Shown here: positions 10,904-20,500 of the stretch, piece after piece
How positions within the stretch are numbered: position 1 is the first letter of the stretch
Layout: each line of letters begins with the position of its first letter
DNA from: Eledone cirrhosa
Lineage: Eukaryota
Assembly: GCA_964016885.1 (NCBI GenBank)
Contig: OZ024740.1
Span: forward strand, 432,884,001-432,948,000
Direction of reading: 5' to 3'
Length of the DNA stretch: 64,000 bases
Program-made: the position numbers and the translations under genes
Notes under the pieces: model-generated
Databases searched by the model: none
What the model saw: the letters and a program-made list of their open reading frames with translations, nothing else
What the model was told of the DNA's origin: nothing

Positions 10904-11519
10904 GACTACGTTGGTACGGTCATGTGATGCACATGAAAGATGACAGCTGTATAAAAAAGTGCAGGGAGATCAAAATTGATGGAAGTTACGGAGTAGGTAG
11001 AGCCAGAAAAACCTGGGATGATTTGATAAATTCCGACCTTACACACTTACACCTCTCCAAGACAATGTCTCTGCACCGAGATCTTTGGCACCATGCAGTA
11101 ATACAGAAGACCCGCCTTGCCTATGTACAAAGTGAAACCTACAGTCAGTAGGCACCTTTTAACCAAATATACACCCCAATCCACTACCCCTACTCCACCC
11201 TTCCACTCCAACCAACACCACCCTCTCTCTGTAAAGTTATGTTGGTACTACAACATCCAGTCCAAAACAAATGAGGTTGTGTAGGTGTCACGACAAAAAA
11301 CACACAGTCCATGCTGTAATGTGGCCGTGTAGGTAACACGGTAAAAACCTCCCAGTCCACACTGTAAATGTGGTTGGTGTTAGGAAGGGCATCCAACTGT
11401 AGAAAACCTGCCAGACAGTCCTATATGAGCAAGACAACCAATCTTGCCTCAAGTGGGATAATTCCCGTCTAAACCCATGCTAGCGTGGAAGATAGACGTT
11501 GAACGATGATGATGATGAT
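10904..11519 (+). mobile_element. 5'-truncated RTE LINE 3' end with a long 3'UTR
   Basis: Encodes LRWYGHVMHMKDDSCIKKCREIKIDGSYGVGRARKTWDDLI..., followed by about 370 bp of UTR ending in (GAT)n. Confidence 0.9.
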
Positions 11520-12160
11520 CTCCAGCAGACAACTGATGAAGGGAATGTCCCCAGTTTGTGCTTTCCTCTTATTTTTAAATACACTTTATCAAGTAACCAC
11601 ACAGCTCCGTTTCTTGAAAAATCTTTAATTTTTTGCTGTGACCAGTTCTCTCTTTCTCTCTACTTTGTTGCTATTAACTCTTTCCTTTTCTTTCTCTCCC
11701 TTTTTCTCTCTCTCTCTCTCCTTCTCTCTGCTCCTCATACTACATTCATTTTCTCTCGTCTCTGCCTCTTTTAGCCTACTCTTGCAGAGGTCAGACCTGT
11801 TTTCTATGCTCTCCCTAATTTACCGTCAACAAAAGCTTCGGACTTATGTTCAGTAGCTGTTTTTTACTTCTCTCTCTCTCCCGGTTACTTAGATACGTAC
11901 ATGTGCTTTTCGTGTTCCCTTCTGCTTCGCTATGTTTCCTGCATTTTTTCCCCTTCTGTTTAATTTTTTTCTCTCTCCTTTTCCCCCCAATAACTTCCAA
12001 TAATTATTGATGCACTGGAGTTAGACATATTGTCTTTAATGTGCTGAAATGTCCGTCATCTCCAGCAGACAAATGATGAAGGGAATGTTCCTCATTTGTG
12101 CTTTCCTCTTATTTTTAAATACACTTTATCAAGTAACCACACAGCTCCGTTTCTTCAAAA
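11518..12160. repeat. 103-bp direct repeats (11518-11620 and 12058-12160) flanking a CT-rich core
   Basis: ATCTCCAGCAGACAA(C/A)TGATGAAGGGAATGT...ACAGCTCCGTTTCTT(G/C)AAAA occurs twice, 540 bp apart. Confidence 0.85.
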
Positions 12161-12192
12161 AATGTTATACACACACACACACATACATATAT

Positions 12193-12355
12193 ATATTGTT
12201 ATGCTTTGGGAGGGTCATGTTGCCAATAAGAAACACATGCACCAGTTGTCTTCACTCCAATTTATTATAAATTAAATTTATAATAAATTGGAGTGAAAAC
12301 AACTGGTGCATGCGTTTTTTATTGGCAACATGACCCTCCCAAAGCATAACAATAT
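12193..12355. repeat. 163-bp palindrome (81-bp arms, 1-nt spacer)
   Basis: The arms are reverse-complementary about position 12274, with 3 mismatches counted by eye. Confidence 0.95.
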
Positions 12356-12520
12356 CGGTTTCAACACACGTTTTCAGATAAAGAATCTTGCTAAACAAAT
12401 TCAGAAACGAAATATATATATATATATATGTAGAAGTTATATTTAATTTGTTGGGATACAACAAGCAAATATTTTTATAACTGATATAAAGCACTCAACA
12501 AATTATTGGAGTAAAAATAC

Positions 12521-12906
12521 AATATATTAACAAATGGAAACTATATTTATAAAACCATATTTATTTCATTATACATATTTCAAGGACACCAAAGCAAATT
12601 ATGGTGCGCTTTCATCAGATAAAATATAATATAGATCAGTTTTATAAACAAATATTGACATACCCTTAAAAAATGCGACCATGTCGGTTGGAAGCTCCCA
12701 GATGCGACCATGTCGGTTGAAAGCTCTGGAAGTTTCCAACCGACATGGTCGCATTCTTTAAGGGTATGTCAATATTTGTTTATAAAACTGATCTATATTA
12801 TATTTTATCTGATGAAAGCACACCATAATTTGCTTTGGTGTCCTTGAAATATGTATAATGAAATAAATATGGTTTTATAAATATAGTTTCCATTTGTTAA
12901 TATATT
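12521..12906. repeat. Long inverted repeat (arms about 180 bp, loop about 22 nt)
   Basis: AATATATTAACAAATGGAAAC... pairs with ...GTTTCCATTTGTTAATATATT with few mismatches. The loop is a direct duplicate of the inner left arm (ATGCGACCATGTCGGTTG). Confidence 0.95.
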
Positions 12907-13014
12907 ATATATATATATATATCCAAAATTAAATTAAGGGAGTCATGTCCGAGACATGCGCCATATCCACCGTAGAATAAGCTCAAAGATTCCAATGAAT
13001 AGATCCAAGCATTT

Positions 13015-13316
13015 TATATCAACTAGAAATAGATTGACATATATATATATATTTAAAATAAACACATGAAACAATCACAGGGGATAATTTGTAAAGTGTG
13101 TAAGCACACACAGCTAGGTTGGTAACTAATTAAAGTTTAACTAGAACTTCAAATATAGATACCTTTTAAGATTAATCATTTTAAAAGGTATCTAGTTAAA
13201 CTTTAATTAGTTACCTACCTAACTGTGTGTGCTTACACACTTTACCAATTATTCCCTGTGATTGTTTCATGTGTTTATTTTATATATGTATATGTCAATC
13301 TATTTCTAGTTGATAT
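13015..13316. repeat. Long inverted repeat (arms about 145 bp)
   Basis: TATATCAACTAGAAATAGATTGAC... pairs with ...GTCAATCTATTTCTAGTTGATATA around the centre GATTAATC. The left arm carries a 14-nt insertion. Confidence 0.92.
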
Positions 13317-13334
13317 ATATATGTGTGTGTGTTT

Positions 13335-13522
13335 GGTGTTGAAAAGTTCCTGGCTTTAAGGGTATTTAAGGAAGCCCAACCTTCCTAGTTCTTTTTACAG
13401 GACCTAGAAAAACTGAAGGACTGCTGCAATAAGAAGGGAATATGTTGAATAAAATCATAATTAACTGATCCTCCTGTATTTTATTTTACCCAAAGCCAGG
13501 AACTTTTCAACAGCACCTCGTA
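13335..13522 (+). mobile_element. Non-autonomous mariner element
   Basis: TIRs TGTTGAAAAGTTCCTGGCTTT and AAAGCCAGGAACTTTTCAACA..CCTCG|TA. The interior keeps a transposase C-terminal remnant (FFLQDLEKLKDCCNK..GEYVE*). Confidence 0.75.
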
Positions 13523-13705
13523 TGTATATATATATATGTGTGTGAGTTTGTGTGTGTGTGTGTGTGATATGTTGATCCCAAGTTGAGTTGGAGGTAACCA
13601 CAGGAAATAAGGTACTCAATACATTAGTAGAATGGCAACAGAGATTTATATAGAAAGGTTTCTACAGGACTAGAACTGTTTCATTCTAATGAAATCATCA
13701 GGAAT

Positions 13706-13740
<35 letters not shown>

Positions 13741-13837
13741 CTAATTTAAGGTATCATAAATAAGAAATAATTTTCCACCTTAAAGTATGTTCTTTTGCCT
13801 AAATAATATATGCTTAATATATATATATATATATAAG

Positions 13838-13919
13838 TACAGGGTGTCCCAAAAAATGTATACACACTTTGATTACCTGTACAGGCAATATTTAATAGAT
13901 TACTGTAAAAGTGTGTATA
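13838..13919. mobile_element. Tc1/mariner-type MITE remnant
   Basis: Left end TA|CAGGGTGTCCCAAAAAATGTATACACACTTT, with a partial inverted AAAGTGTGTATA running into (TA)n. Confidence 0.55.
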
Positions 13920-14130
13920 TATATATATTTGGTTTCACTAACGATATATGGCCCTTTATATACATATATCTTGGAATTTCACCTCTTCTTTCTTTCGCTC
14001 TGGTCATATATTTTGGTTATATTTGGAAGGTTCCTAGCAATGGTTAATTGTATTTATTATGTTTATATTTTCATTCTGGAGGAATTGTGAATAAAATAAA
14101 CACCTTCAAAATTTTGAATTGTATATATAT

Positions 14131-14315
14131 ATATATATATAGTGTGTGTGCAGATATACATAGTGTATATGTGTATATATATATAGTGTGTGTGTAGATA
14201 TACATAGTGTATATGTGTATATATATATAGTGTGTGTGTAGATATACATAGTGTATATGTGTATATATATATATAGTGTGTGTGTAGATATACATAGTGT
14301 ATATGTGTATATATA
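14131..14315. repeat. Microsatellite-derived tandem repeat of about 44-46 bp, 4 copies
   Basis: (TA)n-G(TG)n-TAGATATACATAGTGTATATGTG is repeated four times. Confidence 0.85.
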
Positions 14316-14819
14316 TAATCATACTCTACTGCCCCAAGTAACGAGTACTCTGGTGAGTAATGGTCTAACCAGTTTCATATATATATGATGCGAGTGTGTG
14401 GGGAAAATTATTTATTTAAATAGAGTTGCAAAACAAACATAAAAATCTAATAAGCTGTTGTAATGAAGAGGGGCGTAGATGCTGAGATATTTGGTACTTC
14501 AGTGAAGTACCACTAAAGGAACAACAATATAGACCTAGTGAGAAATCCTTAACGAAAGGAAACCAAAGTACTTTAGAAACTGTAAAAACAATTATCATAG
14601 GTATTTATTTTAAAATATTAACAACAATAAAAGTTGAGACAATATGACAAAGTTGGCAAGGTAGAGAGTATATGTGAGGGAGGAGGTGAATATTTACAAT
14701 AAAATCGAGACATTTATCAAGATACGTTACATACAATATTAAACTATATATATAATAATATAGAAGGTTTATATAAAGTGACATTATAGAAGCTATTATT
14801 GTAGTATATCCTCACATTA

Positions 14820-14998
14820 TAGGAACAGTCCTATCATGAAACATGTTCCAAACGTGACCTCTCTTTCTATATCTACACCAAACTCTACAGTATTTAATGT
14901 GTCCTTCATACTTTTATCAGTATAAAGTGTAATTCAAATGAGATTTTATTGTTGTTTCTAGTCGACCGAGCGACTATGTAGAACAAGAGACTCCTGCC
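14820..14998 (-). repeat. Probable old interspersed repeat fragment
   Basis: TAGTCGCTCGGTCGACTAGAAACAACAATAAAATCTC...GGACACATT resembles an abundant octopus short repeat as recalled. There is no second copy in the window. Confidence 0.35.
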
Positions 14999-15255
14999 TA
15001 TAAACTATATTATAGTAAACATTACTCCCTACACTCGGAATAATTTATAACTAATGTCTTGCTGATTCACTTACTAAACGTCAACTTAATCATATCATTT
15101 TAGTTTATTTCATAAAATTGGAAACATACTTAAAAGCGATGTAACATGTAATAAATATATTGCTTCTATTTATAATTATATTTCAACGGAGTAATGACGA
15201 TAACAAAGTCTATCTCGTTTTATATCCGAAGTTATGAAGAGACTGTACACCATAG

Positions 15256-15332
15256 TTGTAGTTTAGAGTAAGAGTGGATATATTGTAGTTTATAATAAGA
15301 GTGGATATATTGTAGTTTATAGTAAGAGTGGA
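15256..15332. repeat. 27-bp minisatellite, about 3 copies, in intron 1
   Basis: TTGTAGTTTATAGTAAGAGTGGATATA is repeated about three times. Confidence 0.85.
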
Positions 15333-15391
15333 GGCTGTAAAGAGAATAAGATGAGGTGAAGTAATTTGATATAAGTCATATAAACATCTAC

Positions 15392-15605
15392 CTTGTTGGG
15401 CCGGCTGACAACCAGGGCTGGTGGATTCATTGTCGGGAAATAAAGTATTAGTTCCGTCCAAAATATCATTACTTTGTGAAGATCTTACGAATCCATCATC
15501 ATCATCCTCTTCCTGTGCTGTTAGAATGTTTTTATCCTTACTATGTACAAAGTTCTTATAAGAGAATGGATTACCATCTTCTTCATCACCCCCACCTTCC
15601 GCCAT
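15392..15605 (-). CDS. Probable first coding exon (71 codons plus 1 nt) of a host gene, tentatively ENTR1/SDCCAG3-like
   Basis: ATG lies in a good context (aataATGG). The peptide MAEGGGDEEDGNPFSYKNFVHSKDK...CQPAQQ is non-repetitive and ends at a CAAG|GTAGAT donor (phase 1). EEDGNPFSYKNF recalls the ENTR1 N-terminal EEANPFSFxEF motif. No downstream exon was identified. Confidence 0.65.
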
Positions 15606-16085
15606 TATTGACGAACCTGGGGACCGTTTATTGCATTCAACTTGATTCATAATTACAACAATTTCTTCTCCACATTTTTTAATATCATTCATTTCATTCG
15701 TAATTATAATTAACTAAAAACTAACTTCGCTTTTAGTTTAAAAATGAAACTGAAATAATTCTGTTAAAAGTATAAAATTACATTTTAATAAATATTTTTT
15801 GTTAAGTTTATTTATATATAGTTATTTATCTAATACATATATATATATAGTTATTTATCTAATATGTATAGTTATGTATTTGTTGGTCTTAAACGATATC
15901 AGCTGAATGTTGAGCTTATAAAATAAAACCAACCATATGATACAAACAGATTTCTCCCGTAGAGAGAAAAAAAAGGTCAAAGACTTAAGTTATATATTTT
16001 TTCAGTCATTTAAGCTTCGTATTTGATAAAGACAGAAGACTGAAATATTCCAGCAACATTTTCTCTTTCCAGAATCGTTTAAGTG

Positions 16086-16570
16086 TACGAGGGTCGGCTG
16101 AATAGTTCGTAGGCTGACCAAGATACTCTCATGGAATGATTAAATAGGGGTTATTTTTCAACACAGTCCCTGGAAAGAAACTGTGCAGTTATTAATAAGA
16201 AGAGTTGAAATTAATGCATGCAAGATTTCACAGCCCTAGCACCACTCCTTCATAGTCAGCCTATGACCAGGATACTCTCATGGAATGACCAAATGAGGTT
16301 TATTTTTCAACAGATTCCCTGGAAAGAAACTATGTAGTTATTAATAAGAAGAGTTGAAATTAATGCGTGCAAGATTTCTCAGCTCTAGCATCACTGCTTC
16401 ATAGGCTGACCAAGATACTCTCATGGAATGACCAAGTGGGGTTATTTTTCAACATAGTCCCTGGAAAGAAATTATTAATAACAAGATTTGAAATCAATGC
16501 ATGCAAGATTTCACAGCTCTAGCATCACTCCTTCATAGTCAGCCTATGAACATTTCTGCTAACCCTCGTA
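16086..16570. mobile_element. Mariner-type MITE with an internal triplication
   Basis: Ends read TA|CGAGGGTCGGCTGAATAGTTCGTAGGCTGAC ... GTCAGCCTATGAACATTTCTGCTAACCCTCG|TA. The body GACCAAGATACTCTCATGGAATGA... restarts at about 16116, 16265 and 16407. Confidence 0.85.
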
Positions 16571-16703
16571 CAGTGCAAGTGAAGAACAAACAGCAAGACT
16601 TAGCACAAAAGATGGGACAAGCCCATAGACAAAACAAAAACGAAGGGGAGATAAATTAATCTTAATTGTTATTTTTGCAAATATCCAATGAGTTTATTCC
16701 TGA

Positions 16704-16850
16704 ATCATTTTACGTCTGTGTTCTACACTGGTATAGGACAGGTTGTCACGTTCCAAGTTAAGACAAGTCAAATGACCACATCTTGTTTATACACTTTATT
16801 TTCTGCAGTTTCTAAGGCTGGATGACTTTCCTTAATGCCAACCAATTTAC
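16704..16850 (-). mobile_element. Degenerate SINE/RTE-type 3' tail
   Basis: GTTTCTAAGGCTGGATGACTTTCCTTAATGCCAACC is approximately the reverse complement of GGTTGGTGTTAGGAAGGGCATCCAGCTGTAGAAA (8917-8950). Confidence 0.7.
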
Positions 16851-17421
16851 AGAGTGTACTGGGTGTATTTTATCATGGTACCAGCACTACCACATTAGAG
16901 TGTGTACTGAGTGTATTTTATCATAACACCGACACTACCACATTACAGTGTGTACTGGGTGTATTTTACCATGGTACCAGCACTACCAAATTACAGAGTG
17001 TACCGGGTGTATTTTACCATGGTACCAGTACTACCACTTTACAGTGTGTACTGAGTGTATTTTATCATGACACCAACACTATCACATTACAGTGTGTACT
17101 GGGTGTATTATATCATGGTACCAACACTACCACTTTACGGTGTGTACTGGGTGTATTTTACCATGGTACCAGCACTACCACTTTACAGAGTGTACTGGGT
17201 GTATTTTACCATGGTACCAACACTACCACTTTACAGTGTGTACTGGGTGTATTTTACCATGGTACCAGTACTGCCACTTTACAGTGTGTACTTGGTGTAT
17301 TTTACCATGGTACCAGCACTACCACTTTACAGAGTGTACTGGGTGTATTTTACCATGGTACCAACACTACCACTTTACAGTGTGTACTGGGTGTATTTTA
17401 CCATGGCACCAGTACTACCAC
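16845..17421. repeat. 48-bp minisatellite, about 12 copies, derived from a SINE tail module
   Basis: Unit TTTACAGTGTGTACTGGGTGTATTTTACCATGGTACCAGCACTACCAC is contiguous with the SINE tail. Its reverse complement matches the 49-bp module at 8807-8905. Confidence 0.9.
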
Positions 17422-17424
17422 TAT

Positions 17425-17557
17425 CAGCCTACCTGTGGTCATACATAACCTCATGTGTATCCATAGTTTACACTGAGTATATTGTGTAGAACTCCTCAAT
17501 TTCTGTATATCAAGAATCACTATTTCTCCGGTGTTAGCAATATTCTTGTTGGCTTTT
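17425..17557 (-). mobile_element. Small RTE LINE fragment (Cys/His region after the RT domain)
   Basis: The minus strand reads TQCKLWIHMRLCMTTGRL, resembling the RTE CxxCxxWxHxxC...GRL motif. Confidence 0.55.
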
Positions 17558-20500
17558 GCCACTGTCCCTACCAGCAGGGATTAGACATGTCTTCACCACT
17601 GTCCCACCAGCAAGGGTTAGACATGTCTCCACCACTGTCCTTACCAGCAGGGGTTAGATATGTCTCCACCACTGTCCCTACCAGCAGGGGTTAGACATTT
17701 CTTCACCACTGTCCCTACCAGCAGGGGTTAGACATTTCTTCACCACTGTCCCTACCAGCAGGAGTTCGACAGGTCTCCACCATTGTCCCCACCAGCAGGG
17801 GTTAGACATGTCTCCACCACTGTCCCTACCAGCAGGGGTTAGACATTTCTTCACCACTGTCCCTACCAGCAGGAGTTCGACAGGTCTCCACCATTGTCCC
17901 CACCAGCAGGGGTTAGACATGTCTCCACCACTGTCCCTACCAGCAGGGGTTAGATATTTCTTCACCACTGTCCCTACCAGCAGGAGTTCGACAGGTCTCC
18001 ACCATTGTCCCCACCAGCAAGGGTTAGACATGTCTCCACCACTGTCGCTACCAGCAGGGGTAAGACATGTTCCAACACAGTCCCTACCAGCAGGGGTTAG
18101 ACATGTCTCCACCAATGTCCCTACCAGCAGGGGTTAGACATGTCTTCACCACTGTCCCTAACAGCAGGGGTTAGACTGGTCTTCACCACTGTCCCTACCA
18201 GCAGGGGTTAGACAGGTCTCAACCACTGTCTCTACCAGGAAGGGTTAGACATGTCTCCACCACTGTCCCTACCAGCAAGGGTAAGACATGTCTTCACCAC
18301 TGTCCCTAGCAGCAGAGGTTAGACAGGTCTTCACCACTGCCCCTAGCAGCAGGGGTTAGACATGTCTCCACCACTGACCCTACCAGCAGGGGTTAGACAG
18401 GTCTTCACCACTGTCCCTACCAGCAAGGGTAAGACATGTCTTCACCACTGTCCCTAGCAGCAGAGGTTAGATATGTCTCCACCACTGTCCCTAGCAGCAG
18501 GGGTTAGACATGTCTCCACCACTGTCCCTACCAGCAGGGGTTAGACAAGGTCTCCACCACTGTCCCTACCAGCAGGGGTTAGACATGTCTCCACCACTGT
18601 CCCTACCAGCAGGGGTTAGACATGTCTCAACCACTGTCCCTACCAGCAGGTGTTAGAAAAGGTCTCCACCACTGTCTCTACTAGCAGGGGTTAGACAAGG
18701 TCTCCACCACTATCCCTACCAGCAGGGGTTAGACATGTCTCCACCACTGTCCCTACCAGCAGGGGTTAGACATGTCTCCACCACTGTCCCTACCAGCAGG
18801 GGTTAGACAAGGTCTCCACCACTGTCCCTACCAGCAAGAGTTAGACATGTCTCCACCACTGTCCCTACCAGCAGGGGTTAGACATGTCTCAACCAATGTC
18901 CCTACCAGCAGGTGTTAGACAAGGTCTCCACCACTGTCCCTACTAGCAGGGGTTAGACAAGGTCTCCACCACTATCCCTACCAGCAGGGGTTAGACATGT
19001 CTCCACCACTGTCCCTACCAGCAGGGGTGAGACATGTCTCCACCACTGTCCCTACCAGCAGGGGTTAGACAAGGTCTCCACCACTGTCCCTACCAGCAAG
19101 AGTTAGACATGTCTCCACCACTGTCCCTACCAACAAGGGTTAGACATGTCTTCACTACTGTCCCTACCAGCAAGGGTTAGACAAGGTCTCCACCACTGTC
19201 CCTACCAGCAGGGGTTAGACATGTCTCTACCACTGTCCCCACCAGCAAGGGTTAGACATGTCTCCACCACTGTCCCTACCAGCAGGGGTTAGACAAGGTC
19301 TCCACCACTGTCCCTACCAGCAAGAGTTAGACATGTCTCCACCACTGTCCCTACCAGCAGGGGTTAGACATGTCTCCACCGCTGTCCCTACCAGCAGGGG
19401 TTAGACATGTCTCCACCGCTGTCCCTACCAGCAGGGGTTAGACAGAGCTTCACCACTGTCCCTACCAGCAAGGGTTAGACATGTCTCCACCACTGTCCCT
19501 ACCAGCAAGGGTTAGACATGTCTCCACCACTGTCCCTACCAGCAGGAGTTAGACAGGTCTTCACCACATCCCTACCAGCAGGGGTTAGACATGTCTCGAC
19601 CACTGTCCGTACCAGCAGGGGTTAGACATGTCTCGACCCCTGTCCCTACCAGCAGGGGTTAGACATGTCTCCACCGCTGTCCCACCAGTAGGGGTTAGAC
19701 AGGTCTCCACCACTGTCCCTACCAGCAGGAGTCAGACAGGTCTCCACCACTGTCCCTACCAGCAAGGGGTTAGACATGTGTCCACCACTGTCCCTACCAG
19801 CAGGGGTTAGACATGTCTCCACCACTGTCCCTACCGGCAGGGGTTAGACATGTCTCCACCACTGTCCCTATCAGCAGGGGTTAGATATGTCTACACCACT
19901 GTCCCTACCAGCAGGGGTTAGACATGTCTCCACCACTGTCCCTACCAGCAGGGGTTAGACAGGTCTTCACCACTGTCCCACCAGAAGGGGTTAGACATGT
20001 CTCCACCACTGTCCCTACCAGCTAGGGTTAGACATGTCTCCACCACTGTCCCTACCAGCAGGGGTTAGATATGTCTCCACCACTGTCCCTACAAGCAAGG
20101 GTTAGACATGTCTCCACCACTGTCCCTACCAGCAGGGGTTAGACATGTCTCCACCACTGTATCTACCAGCAGGGGTTAGACATGTCTCCACCACTGTCCC
20201 TACCAGCAAAGGTTAGACAAGGTCTCCACCACTGTCCCTACCATCAAGGGTTAGACATGTCTCCACCACTGTCCCTACCAGCAGGGGTTAGACATGTCTT
20301 CACCACTGTCCCTACCAGCAGGGCTTAGACATGTCTCCACCACTGTCCCTACCATCAAGGGTTAGACATGTCTCCACCACTGTCCCTACCAGCAAGAGTT
20401 AGACATGTCTCCTCCACTGACCCTACCAGCAGGGGTTAGACAATGTCTCCACCACTGTCCCTACCAGCAGGGGTTAGACAATGTCTCCACCACTGTCCCT

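Noticed and set aside
14416-14598. Candidate second exon of the minus-strand gene
   Set aside because: AG acceptors exist, but I found no convincing donor or recognisable peptide.
15210-15391. C-terminal part of the 160-aa ORF
   Set aside because: It lies beyond a good splice donor and includes a 27-bp minisatellite, so it is probably intron read-through.
16835-17489. Repetitive 118-213 aa ORFs in three frames
   Set aside because: They come from the stop-free 48-bp SINE-derived minisatellite.
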